This document shows positions 9,977 to 16,932 of a stretch of DNA of 39,635 bases, one piece after another. The DNA comes from a virus, in IMG/VR virus record IMGVR_UViG_3300045988_045810, positions 1 to 39,635 of that record; one strand, 5' to 3'. A program made the position numbers and the translations under genes. Position 1 is the stretch's first letter; each line of letters begins with the position of its first letter. The notes under the pieces are model-generated. The model had not been told where the DNA came from and searched no databases. It worked only from the letters and a program-made list of their open reading frames with translations.

Positions 9977-10147
9977 TTGACTCAGATTCCAGCCGACGCG
10001 AACGAGGTCATCGACTCTCTTTCCGTGCAAATCGGCACTCTCACGAAGCAGATCGCAATCCTGACCAGTCAGCTCAATGCGGCCATGAAATTGGTTCCGG
10101 CCGACGTGCTCGAAAGCGTGAAGGGGGATACGCATGCAGAGGATTAA
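9977..10147 (+). CDS. Small coiled-coil protein heading the paralogue unit (TTG start)
   Basis: AAGGAG 7 nt upstream of the TTG. Heptad-like IDSLSVQIGTLTKQIAILTSQLNAA. Overlaps the next start. Confidence 0.45.
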   Translation: MTQIPADANEVIDSLSVQIGTLTKQIAILTSQLNAAMKLVPADVLESVKGDTHAED

Positions 10148-10658
10148 CTGGTTCCCCGACCCGCTCATCACCGGAAAACTCTCCGCGGAAATCAACAATG
10201 GCGCAGCAAAAGCTGTTGTGGTCGCCGACAATAAGAATTGGCTCAAAGTCACCAGCACCGCGACCGGCGATAATTTCGGACAATTCTCACTGTCGGACGG
10301 CCTCATCCCACCGGCTGGCACGTATCACGTGCACGCCAGGGTATACGCGCAGAAGGCCGCCGCCAATTTCATCGTCTACAGCAACGTCAACTCCTCGTGG
10401 AAGCAGTTGCTGAACAAGCCGGTCGCCGACGGGCAAACCCTCACGGTGGACTCCGAGATCACGATTCCGGAAGGATGCCAGCGTCTCCTCGTCAGGATGC
10501 AATTGGGGAGGGAGGTCGGCTTGATCGGCATGATGAGCGAAATCCTCATCGAATCGGCCGACACTTACGATAAAGCCGTGGGGGGGGGCTTCCGGGCTTC
10601 TTCTCGGGGGACACGATGCCAAAGGAGTGAGCTTCGTCGGGCGGGTGATGTCCGATGA
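10134..10658 (+). CDS. Receptor-binding-like paralogue 1, read with G9. One extra G would end it at 10630 with the conserved FFSGDTMPKE C-terminus.
   Basis: N-terminal INWFPDP resembles the NLCTSPS / ITNYASSP starts of paralogues 2 and 3. The frame changes at the G9 tract. Confidence 0.7.
   Translation: MQRINWFPDPLITGKLSAEINNGAAKAVVVADNKNWLKVTSTATGDNFGQFSLSDGLIPPAGTYHVHARVYAQKAAANFIVYSNVNSSWKQLLNKPVADGQTLTVDSEITIPEGCQRLLVRMQLGREVGLIGMMSEILIESADTYDKAVGGGFRASSRGTRCQRSELRRAGDVR
10580..10588 (+). repeat. Homopolymeric G9 tract inside paralogue 1
   Basis: Counted directly: g at 10580 plus eight g at 10581-10588. Confidence 0.95.
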
Positions 10659-11023
10659 TGGTCACGAACCTATGCACGAGCCCATCCTCGACCATCACCC
10701 TGAAAGCCGACAAGTGGGTGAATATCACGACCCTTCCGAGCGTGAATGGGGCGACATATCAGATCAGCGTCGAGGTGAACGTCACAGGCGGCACTATCTC
10801 GATAATCGGAGCGGATGGCGACATCAACGCAAGACAACGTGTCAGCTACAAGATGATCATCAACAATTCCCATCCGATATCAATGAGTTATCACGTCAAG
10901 TCAGGCAGTCCGACCGTCACAGTGACGAACATGCTCATCTGCACGTGGGACGAATACCAGGCGAACAAGACCCTGCTCGACAGCATCGAATATTTCGACG
11001 GGGATACGATGCCACGCGCCTAA
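10655..11023 (+). CDS. Receptor-binding-like paralogue 2 (ends YFDGDTMPRA)
   Basis: 122 aa with an NLCTSPS start motif. The C-terminal motif is shared with paralogues 1 and 3. Confidence 0.7.
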   Translation: MMVTNLCTSPSSTITLKADKWVNITTLPSVNGATYQISVEVNVTGGTISIIGADGDINARQRVSYKMIINNSHPISMSYHVKSGSPTVTVTNMLICTWDEYQANKTLLDSIEYFDGDTMPRA

Positions 11024-11042
11024 TCCTTATGGGGGTGGTGGC

Positions 11043-11417
11043 ATGAGTGTCATCACGAATTATGCGTCCAGCCCGCTTGCCGTTTGCACCGTCAATGGTG
11101 CTGGCCGTAACAATTTCCCAGACTGGAATGTCACTAATGATGCGCCGGCCGAGCACGTCGTGAGCGCAAGAATCCAGCTTGTGTCCGGCACTGGCACGAT
11201 CAGATTCGGATGGGACAGTGCTCACACGCTTGACAAGACGGGACGTCTGACAGCTTATCCGTCATCGAACATTTTCCCTCAAATCACGGTCATCACCACC
11301 GGTGATGCCGTCTGGAAAGTCAGCCACGTTATTGTCGCCTCACAAGCGGAATACAGTCAGCTGACATCAAAATACAGACTTGGTTATTTCGATGGCGACA
11401 CCATGCCAAAAGATTAA
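11043..11417 (+). CDS. Receptor-binding-like paralogue 3 (ends YFDGDTMPKD)
   Basis: 124 aa with the same N- and C-terminal motif architecture. Confidence 0.7.
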   Translation: MSVITNYASSPLAVCTVNGAGRNNFPDWNVTNDAPAEHVVSARIQLVSGTGTIRFGWDSAHTLDKTGRLTAYPSSNIFPQITVITTGDAVWKVSHVIVASQAEYSQLTSKYRLGYFDGDTMPKD

Positions 11418-11438
11418 ACGATTTCAAGGAGATGTGAT

Positions 11439-11828
11439 GTGTTTCAAACGTTTTTAGCGGGTTTTGGTGGTGTGGGTGGCGCGTGCGCGGTAATCACACT
11501 ATGTCTCAAAATCTGGCCGGGGGCGCTCGAATCATTGGCTACTGGGCTGTATGCCCACGTCAATCCCGAGCGCTTGCCGTATAACAGCGTGCTTTCCCAG
11601 CATTTCGCCAAAACACGAATGCTCGGAGAACGTACCGAAAAATTCGACGAGCGCATGGACGAGTTGTGCCGTGACACCATCAAAAACACGATCATCAGCC
11701 TGATCTACGGCGACCAGTCACACGACCATTCCGAGGCCGTCCGATACGAGCTGGCTAAGCTCGAAAAACTCGACGCGCAATGCTGGATCATCTCAGCAGC
11801 CGAAAAATACTTGGAGGACCGGCAATGA
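11439..11828 (+). CDS. Membrane-anchored protein (possible holin-like or lysis accessory), GTG start
   Basis: AAGGAG 7 nt upstream. One N-terminal TM segment (FLAGFGGVGGACAVITLCL) and a helical C-terminal part. Confidence 0.55.
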   Translation: MFQTFLAGFGGVGGACAVITLCLKIWPGALESLATGLYAHVNPERLPYNSVLSQHFAKTRMLGERTEKFDERMDELCRDTIKNTIISLIYGDQSHDHSEAVRYELAKLEKLDAQCWIISAAEKYLEDRQ

Positions 11829-11914
11829 CACGACTGCTCATCGCGGGCGGAGCCTACCTGATTCTCCTCACGCTCATTCTGGTTTTCAACCACAACGCCC
11901 ACAAAAAGCGTTGA
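11825..11914 (+). CDS. 29-aa single-pass membrane peptide
   Basis: ATGA overlap with the upstream stop. MTRLLIAGGAYLILLTLILVFNHNAHKKR. Too short for the ORF track. Confidence 0.45.
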   Translation: MTRLLIAGGAYLILLTLILVFNHNAHKKR

Positions 11915-11935
11915 TATCGATTTTCACAACCGCAA

Positions 11936-11962
11936 GGCCATCTCTTCGGAGGTGGCCTTTTT
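11936..11962 (+). terminator. Rho-independent terminator
   Basis: GGCCATCTC-ttcg-GAGGTGGCC followed by TTTTTATT. Confidence 0.6.
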
Positions 11963-11996
11963 ATTGCCCCCTATTGGGGGTGGGAAGGAGGCCGTC

Positions 11997-12116
11997 ATGG
12001 ACGAAGTGACCATGACGCCGGAAATGACACCGCAGGGCGACAGTCTGCCGCCCATTGACATCCCGGTCGTGTCCGAAACGGATGCGGCCAAGGCTGTCGA
12101 AGGATTGGAGGACTGA
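11997..12116 (+). CDS. 39-aa acidic protein upstream of the lysin
   Basis: GGAAGGAGG SD. MDEVTMTPEMTPQGDSLPPIDIPVVSETDAAKAVEGLED. The stop lies 1 nt before the lysin ATG. Confidence 0.45.
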   Translation: MDEVTMTPEMTPQGDSLPPIDIPVVSETDAAKAVEGLED

Positions 12117-12117
12117 C

Positions 12118-12912
12118 ATGGCAAGCGTCAGCGCTCTCATCAATCGTATGCGTTACTGGTGCGCAGTCGCCAATCTCGGCTACAGCCAGTCCGACCGCTG
12201 GAACTTCAACCCATCGGGGGGTAATTGCGATTGTTCCAGCCTGGTAATCCACTGCCTGCGCGAGGCGGGCTTCGACACCGGTTCGGCCACCTACACCGGC
12301 AACTTGTCCGGTGAGCTGACCAAGCGCGGATGGACGCGACTCCCAGCGAATGGTAATCCGCAGCCGGGCGACATCCTGCTCAACGACGTGCACCACGTGG
12401 CCGTCTACCTTGGCGGCGGCAAGCTCGCGCAGGCGTCCATCTCCGAGCGTGGCACGGCCTACGGCAAGGCCGGGGACCAGACCGGCCGCGAAACCAACAT
12501 CAGGGGCTACTACAGCTACCCGTGGAACTGCTACCTCCGCTACGGCGGCGGCAACACCTCTTCGGCATCCACCGGCGCCCTAGCCGTGGACGGCAACGTC
12601 GGCCCCGCCACGGTACGCCGCTGGCAGCAGGTGATGGGCACCGCGGTGGATGGCATCATCAGCGGCCAGCAGGTGCCTGACGGCAGGACTTACGCGCGTC
12701 CCGCCATCGATTCGAGCGTGGTCCGCTACGGCGCTGGCGGCAGTGATCTGATCCGTGCCGTGCAACGTCGCCTGGGCTGCGGCACTGATGGTCTGCTTGG
12801 CCCCGCCACCATTCGCGCCATCCAAGCGCACTACGGCCTGGCTCAGGACGCGAGCTTCGGCCCCGCGACCGCACGCGCCTTGCAGACGGCACTCAATCAA
12901 AACCGATTCTAA
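12118..12912 (+). CDS. Endolysin: NlpC/P60- or CHAP-type cysteine peptidase with C-terminal peptidoglycan-binding repeats
   Basis: The N-terminal NCDCSSLV...HHVAVY Cys/His pattern is typical of these peptidases. The C-terminus repeats G(P)AT...LQ motifs as in PG_binding_1. Confidence 0.8.
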   Translation: MASVSALINRMRYWCAVANLGYSQSDRWNFNPSGGNCDCSSLVIHCLREAGFDTGSATYTGNLSGELTKRGWTRLPANGNPQPGDILLNDVHHVAVYLGGGKLAQASISERGTAYGKAGDQTGRETNIRGYYSYPWNCYLRYGGGNTSSASTGALAVDGNVGPATVRRWQQVMGTAVDGIISGQQVPDGRTYARPAIDSSVVRYGAGGSDLIRAVQRRLGCGTDGLLGPATIRAIQAHYGLAQDASFGPATARALQTALNQNRF

Positions 12913-12923
12913 GGGGGTTTAAT

Positions 12924-13202
12924 ATGGCTCAACATGCAGCGCCGACGACTTTGGAGACCACAGTCAACAATCTCACCAACGAGCGTGAGGACGGTCAGGA
13001 CAACCAGCCGCCGGACGCATACACTCCGGTCTTTTCTAAGCAGGTGCGCACCGTCGTGTACGTGCTCGGGCTGATCGCTTCATGCGTTGGCCTTGGTTTC
13101 ATGACCTTTGGTGATGCGGCTGTCGGCGGCTACATTTCGACCGTGGCCGGCTTCATCGCCAGCGGTCTTGGCGTCGCCTACAATCCGCTGCGCCGTGATT
13201 GA
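12924..13202 (+). CDS. Holin (two TM segments)
   Basis: 92 aa next to the lysin. TM segments VVYVLGLIASCVGLGFMTF and ISTVAGFIASGLGVAY. SD AAGGGGG. Confidence 0.7.
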   Translation: MAQHAAPTTLETTVNNLTNEREDGQDNQPPDAYTPVFSKQVRTVVYVLGLIASCVGLGFMTFGDAAVGGYISTVAGFIASGLGVAYNPLRRD

Positions 13203-13308
13203 TTTTCTAGCGTGAGACTCAAACTCGCGCCGGAAACTCAACCTCGCGTGGAAGAAAATTCACGCACTGTGGTGCTTGTGGAAATTCTTGCACCCTGTTT
13301 TTAAATCT

Positions 13309-13345
13309 GCCCCTTCTCCATTTGGAGGAGGGGCTTTATTTTTAG
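13309..13345 (+). terminator. Terminator after the lysis cassette
   Basis: GCCCCTTCTCC-attt-GGAGGAGGGGC followed by TTTATTTTT. Confidence 0.7.
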
Positions 13346-13355
13346 GACTTTCAAA

Positions 13356-14180
13356 ATGGGCATCAGACAGCAGACGATTGACGATTACGGCGCGTTCGTG
13401 GACAAATTCAAACCGAAGAAGACCACGGATGACTGCTATACCCCCCCCGCAGTGTATGAGACGATAAAGGACTGGGCATGCCGTGAGTTTGGCATCGACC
13501 CCAGCAAGGTGGTGCGACCGTTCTATCCGGGCGGCGATTACGAGCGGTTCGACTATTCGGGCGGTGCGGTGGTTGTGGATAATCCGCCGTTCAGCATCCT
13601 GTCGAAGATCTGCACGTTCTATCGGACGGAGCAAATTCCGTTCTTCCTGTTCGCGCCGTATCTCACGATCTTCTCCAGCACGTCGCGCAATGGGGCGCAC
13701 ATGATCGTCACGAATTCGACCATCGAATATGCTAACGGCGCGCAGGTCAACACCAGCTTCGTGACGAGTTTCGGTGATGACCTGATCCGCACCGCGCCGG
13801 ACTTGGCCAACGCGATCGACGAGACCGTGAAGCGCGTCAGGAAAGAGCAATGCAGGCATCCGCCGAAATACTCGTATCCGCGTGAACTGCTTACCGTGAG
13901 CAGGCTCGGGAAGATTAGCAAGCAGGTCGAGTTCCGCGTCAAGGCTTCAGACGTTGCGTTCACGAGTGCTCTCGACTCGCAGAAGGCCGTGAAGAAGGCC
14001 ATCTACGGCGGCGGCTATCTCCTGAGCGAAGCCAAGGCCGCGGAACTGAAGGCCGCAGAACTAAAGGCCGCAGAACTAAAGGCCGCAGAACTAAAGGCCG
14101 CAGAAGACGTGACAGTCTGGCCTCTCTCCGAAACCGAAAGGCGGATCATCGAAAACCTCGCGCAAGAATCGCGCGGTTGA
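13356..14180 (+). CDS. Orphan N6-adenine DNA methyltransferase (phage type, DNPPF motif IV)
   Basis: TTDDCYTPP near the N-terminus and VVVDNPPFS. No adjacent restriction gene. Sits between two terminators. Confidence 0.7.
   Translation: MGIRQQTIDDYGAFVDKFKPKKTTDDCYTPPAVYETIKDWACREFGIDPSKVVRPFYPGGDYERFDYSGGAVVVDNPPFSILSKICTFYRTEQIPFFLFAPYLTIFSSTSRNGAHMIVTNSTIEYANGAQVNTSFVTSFGDDLIRTAPDLANAIDETVKRVRKEQCRHPPKYSYPRELLTVSRLGKISKQVEFRVKASDVAFTSALDSQKAVKKAIYGGGYLLSEAKAAELKAAELKAAELKAAELKAAEDVTVWPLSETERRIIENLAQESRG
13441..13448 (+). repeat. Homopolymeric C8 tract in methyltransferase codons 29-31
   Basis: Counted directly. Read as ACC CCC CCC (T P P). Confidence 0.95.
14037..14105 (+). repeat. 15-bp coding tandem repeat, about 4.6 copies (AAELK)n
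   Basis: GCCGCGGAACTGAAG, then GCCGCAGAACTAAAG three times, then GCCGCAGAA. Confidence 0.95.
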
Positions 14181-14216
14181 ATTCCTGTTGGAATATTTTG
14201 CACCCACATGCAACAT

Positions 14217-14258
14217 CGCCCCTCTCTCAGCTCTTAAGCTGGGGGAGGGGCGTTTTCG
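14217..14258. terminator. Bidirectional terminator between the methyltransferase (+) and the HTH gene (-)
   Basis: 16-bp stem CGCCCCTCTCTCAGCT / AGCTGGGGGAGGGGCG with a 4-nt loop, then TTTTCGTGTTT. Confidence 0.7.
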
Positions 14259-14261
14259 TGT

Positions 14262-14462
14262 TTATTCGGTCTTGTGTTTGCGTGGCCTGCCTCCGCCGAC
14301 GCCGCGTCCTGGGCGCTGCGCGTTCCATTGGTCGATGGTGTCGGGGAGCCAGCCGCGCGTGCGGCCGATGGTTACGTCCGGCTCGGGCAGGTCGTAGGAG
14401 GCGGCGTTGGCGACGCCGAGGCGTTCGGAGACCTGTTTGATGCCGAGGTATTCAGTCGTCAT
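14262..14462 (-). CDS. Small HTH DNA-binding protein, excisionase/AlpA-like (candidate Xis)
   Basis: 66 aa, MTTEYLGIKQVSERLGV..., with a basic tail. AGGAGGG SD. Lies in an operon divergent from the integrase. Confidence 0.6.
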   Translation of the reverse strand: MTTEYLGIKQVSERLGVANAASYDLPEPDVTIGRTRGWLPDTIDQWNAQRPGRGVGGGRPRKHKTE

Positions 14463-14616
14463 TGTCCCTCCTGTCCCTGATGAGCGTGGCGATGCTCCAG
14501 ATTCCCGCCGCGAGGCCGAACAGTCCGGCCTGCCATGCTTTCCCGGCGCAGCCGAGCGAGAGCGATGTCAGGCCGCATACGATGCCGCATACGGCGAACA
14601 GTGTGCTTGTCTTCAT
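14452..14616 (-). CDS. 54-aa two-TM membrane protein
   Basis: MKTSTLFAVCGIVCGLTSLSLGCAGKAWQAGLFGLAAGIWSIATLIRDRRDNDD. High GC3. Overlaps the HTH start by 11 nt. Below the ORF-track cutoff. Confidence 0.55.
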   Translation of the reverse strand: MKTSTLFAVCGIVCGLTSLSLGCAGKAWQAGLFGLAAGIWSIATLIRDRRDNDD

Positions 14617-14643
14617 GATGGGTCATGAAATAGGATGGAACCG

Positions 14644-14678
14644 GAGGGTTCCGGGCAGTAGGAGTGCTCGGAACCCTC
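14644..14678. promoter_or_regulatory. 10-bp perfect inverted repeat (GAGGGTTCCG / CGGAACCCTC) between the two small membrane ORFs
   Basis: Seen directly, with a 15-nt loop. It starts 4 nt after the 35-aa ORF stop on the minus-strand transcript. Confidence 0.5.
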
Positions 14679-14681
14679 TTG

Positions 14682-14789
14682 TCATCTGCCGTGCCTAGGC
14701 GGCTTTCTGAGCGAGATGACCAGCGCCGCCAGTGCGATGATGTTGCTTGTCACCGAGCTGATGGCGTTTACGATGTCCGTCCATTTCAT
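14682..14789 (-). CDS. 35-aa single-TM peptide
   Basis: GGAAAGGAGGTGAAC precedes the ATG. MKWTDIVNAISSVTSNIIALAALVISLRKPPRHGR. Confidence 0.55.
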   Translation of the reverse strand: MKWTDIVNAISSVTSNIIALAALVISLRKPPRHGR

Positions 14790-14808
14790 GTTCACCTCCT
14801 TTCCTTTG

Positions 14809-14849
14809 TTGACATAAACTATTGTATCAAATATATATAAGTAATGCAA
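14809..14849. promoter_or_regulatory. Interleaved divergent promoters. Plus strand: TTGACA (14809-14814), 17 nt, TATATA (14832-14837). Minus strand: TTGCAT (14849-14844), 17 nt, TACAAT (14826-14821).
   Basis: Hexamers and spacers counted directly, in an AT-rich island between the integrase and the minus-strand operon. Confidence 0.6.
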
Positions 14850-14921
14850 GCCAAAACACAAAAAACAGAGAAAAAATCAACGGATTGATAGACTTGATGC
14901 CACGCAAACGAAGGGGCGAGC

Positions 14922-16091
14922 ATGGCCTACACAATCCGCCAATACCAGACGAAAGCCGGAAAAAGATACGAAGTCAGATACCGCAAGCCGGACGGCAGCA
15001 CGACCGGCAAACGTGGCTTCCGCCGCAAGATGGACGCGGATGCGTGGGGCGCAGCCAATGTGACCACCGCGAAAAGCGTCGGAGCCTACATCGACCCACA
15101 GGCCGGAAGAAGACTCGTGGAGGACTTCTGGGAGCCGTGGCTGGCCGCCAAGAAGACCAAGGCGAAGCCAAGCTACATCAAGTCGCTGGAAGACGCTTGG
15201 CGCGTGCATGTGGAGCCGCAGTGGGGTATGAGGGAGATGCAGTCAATCACGCGCGACGAAGTGCAGCGGTGGGTCACCGATCTGGCAGGACGACGCAGTG
15301 CGTCGGTGACGATTCGCGCCGAGAATCTGCTTCGCAGCCTCATGGAGAGGGCAAAGGCCGATCGGTGCATCCACGACAATCCGTGCGATGGAATCGAGCT
15401 GCCGCGCAAGCAGGTGCGGAAGCATGTCTATCTCTCGGCTGACGAATTGTCTCGTGTGGCGATGCAGTGCGGGTGGCGTGAGCCGATCGTGCTGACCTTG
15501 GGCTTGTGCGGAATGGGGTGGAGTGCGCTTGTGGAGCTCCGTGTCGAGGATGATGACCTGCAACGGTGCAGGCTGCATATATATAGGAGCATCACGCGGC
15601 TTTCCAGCCGACTGGTGGAGACGGACCCGAAGACCCATGATGGGCGTTCGGTGATGTTCCCCCTGGTGTTGCGTCCACTGCTCGCCAGGCAATGCGAGGG
15701 GCGCAGGCCGTCCGATTTCCTTTTCACCGCTCCCGGCGAACCTTTGGACGAGCCGATGGGAAACGGCTGGAATCCGACGCGAAGCGATGGATGGTTCGCG
15801 GTGGCTCTTCGTCGCGCGGGCGTGGACCGTGGCCACATGACGATTCATGATCTGCGGCATACGGCCGCTAGTCTCATGGTGCAGTCCGGCGCTAACGTCA
15901 AGACCGTGCAAAGGCAGCTGGGGCACAAGAGCGCCGCCATGACATTGGACGTTTACGCCGATCTCTTCGATGATGATCTGGACGAGTTGTCGGAGAGGAT
16001 GGGTGGTTTGCTTTTTTCGCAGAATGTGGGCAAAATGTGGGCAAACGTGACGCAAGGTGTCGATGGAACCGTTGAAACGGTTTGTGTCTGA
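14922..16091 (+). CDS. int: Tyrosine integrase
   Basis: 389 aa. C-terminal HDLRHTAASLMVQSGANVKTVQRQLGHKSAAMTLDVYADLF contains the R/H-x-x-R/Y catalytic pattern. attP lies immediately downstream. Confidence 0.9.
   Translation: MAYTIRQYQTKAGKRYEVRYRKPDGSTTGKRGFRRKMDADAWGAANVTTAKSVGAYIDPQAGRRLVEDFWEPWLAAKKTKAKPSYIKSLEDAWRVHVEPQWGMREMQSITRDEVQRWVTDLAGRRSASVTIRAENLLRSLMERAKADRCIHDNPCDGIELPRKQVRKHVYLSADELSRVAMQCGWREPIVLTLGLCGMGWSALVELRVEDDDLQRCRLHIYRSITRLSSRLVETDPKTHDGRSVMFPLVLRPLLARQCEGRRPSDFLFTAPGEPLDEPMGNGWNPTRSDGWFAVALRRAGVDRGHMTIHDLRHTAASLMVQSGANVKTVQRQLGHKSAAMTLDVYADLFDDDLDELSERMGGLLFSQNVGKMWANVTQGVDGTVETVCV
16026..16043 (+). repeat. 18-bp direct repeat GTGGGCAAAATGTGGGCA, left copy (candidate arm-type integrase site)
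   Basis: Identical to 16236-16253. Contains an internal TGTGGGCA doublet. Confidence 0.8.
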
Positions 16092-16128
16092 GGCTTTTCG
16101 CCGGTGGGTTCGAGTCCCGCTGGAGGCA
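16092..16128 (+). other. attP core: 3' portion of a tRNA gene (variable-arm hairpin, T arm, acceptor 3' strand, A73)
   Basis: GGCTTTTCGCC hairpin, T arm GTGGG-TTCGAGT-CCCGC, then TGGAGGC-A. No matching 5' half lies upstream. Overlaps the integrase stop region. Confidence 0.65.
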
Positions 16129-16133
16129 CTTTT

Positions 16134-16168
16134 GGAAACCGCCAGAGATGGCGGTTTTCCTTTATTCT
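16134..16168 (+). terminator. Terminator following the tRNA 3' end and the integrase
   Basis: GGAAACCGCC-agagat-GGCGGTTTTCC followed by TTTATTCT. Confidence 0.65.
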
Positions 16169-16190
16169 CCAACGGTTTTCAGACTTTCCC

Positions 16191-16217
16191 AATTCACTCC
16201 AATTCACTCCAAATCAC
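16191..16217 (+). repeat. 10-bp tandem repeat AATTCACTCC, 2 copies plus a degenerate third
   Basis: Seen directly in the right arm of attP. Confidence 0.85.
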
Positions 16218-16235
16218 GTCATTTCTCTATAAAAC

Positions 16236-16253
16236 GTGGGCAAAATGTGGGCA
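16236..16253 (+). repeat. 18-bp direct repeat GTGGGCAAAATGTGGGCA, right copy
   Basis: Identical to 16026-16043. Confidence 0.8.
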
Positions 16254-16258
16254 CGGAA

Positions 16259-16759
16259 TCACCAGATCATCGGCAGGTTGAGGCATTGGCGCGCCCACCG
16301 TTCCACCGCCAGATTCTCCTCGTCGTCGCCAAGCAGCAGCAAGTATCCGGCGGGTTTTCCGTTCTTCGCATGTTCCAGCTGCTTGATTACGCCCCAGTCC
16401 TTCAAGGTGGTGATTGAGCGTTTGAATTCTTGATTCGCAGCACCTTTCCGCTTTTCGATGTATTCCTGGGCGTCTTCGCTCATGGCCTGCTCTGGCGATA
16501 TGCCTAGCTTGCCGTAGTCGTATGCGAATGTTTCGGCTCCGCGCTTGTAGTATCGGCATGGGTAGCCCTTGGCTTTTGCGTCGGCGGTTGGGCAGTTATG
16601 CTCCGTGTCCCAGTCGTAGGTGACGCTTGCCATGTAGGTGAGCAGCAGTAGTGCCGAGTTGCTTGTGGAGAGAGTGCCGTCAGCCCTCATCTTGGAGAAT
16701 TTGCCCATTTGACCGAGCTGACGGATTGCGTTGAAGTTGCGGTAGCCCATTTCTTCCAT
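16259..16759 (-). CDS. Hypothetical 166-aa protein, possible winged-helix DNA binder (start trimmed from the track ORF)
   Basis: GGGGAGGAAAGAC precedes the ATG at 16759. The track ORF upstream of this runs through the AT-rich non-coding region. C-terminal RSITTLKDWGVIKQLEHAKNGKPAGYLL resembles a wing/recognition helix. Confidence 0.55.
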   Translation of the reverse strand: MEEMGYRNFNAIRQLGQMGKFSKMRADGTLSTSNSALLLLTYMASVTYDWDTEHNCPTADAKAKGYPCRYYKRGAETFAYDYGKLGISPEQAMSEDAQEYIEKRKGAANQEFKRSITTLKDWGVIKQLEHAKNGKPAGYLLLLGDDEENLAVERWARQCLNLPMIW

Positions 16760-16862
16760 GTCTTTCCTCCCCACCTGCTGGTAAATTGGCAAGTGGAGAA
16801 ATGCTCGCGCTTTTTCTTCATCCCCTTCGGTGTGACAGCGCCGGAGGGGCTTTTCTTTACCT

Positions 16863-16900
16863 GTACTTATTTGTACCATTGTCAGAGGACAAATAAGTAC
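16863..16900. promoter_or_regulatory. Palindrome 1: GTACTTATTTGT, 14 nt, ACAAATAAGTAC (candidate operator)
   Basis: Perfect 12-bp arms. The centre contains TGTACCAT. Low-GC divergent intergenic region. Confidence 0.55.
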
Positions 16901-16932
16901 TAACTGGCAGTACGTATAAATACCGCAACCAA

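Noticed and set aside
9977-11417. A Rin-type shufflon or invertible receptor-binding cassettes, as described for some bifidobacterial prophages.
   Set aside because: All three paralogues are complete ORFs on the same strand with their own starts. I saw no flanking inverted repeats, and no second recombinase or invertase gene is present.
14452-14789. The two micro membrane ORFs as a type I toxin-antitoxin pair.
   Set aside because: I could identify no antisense RNA promoter or complementary small RNA. They are co-oriented in one operon with the HTH gene. They are kept as unexplained rather than assigned.
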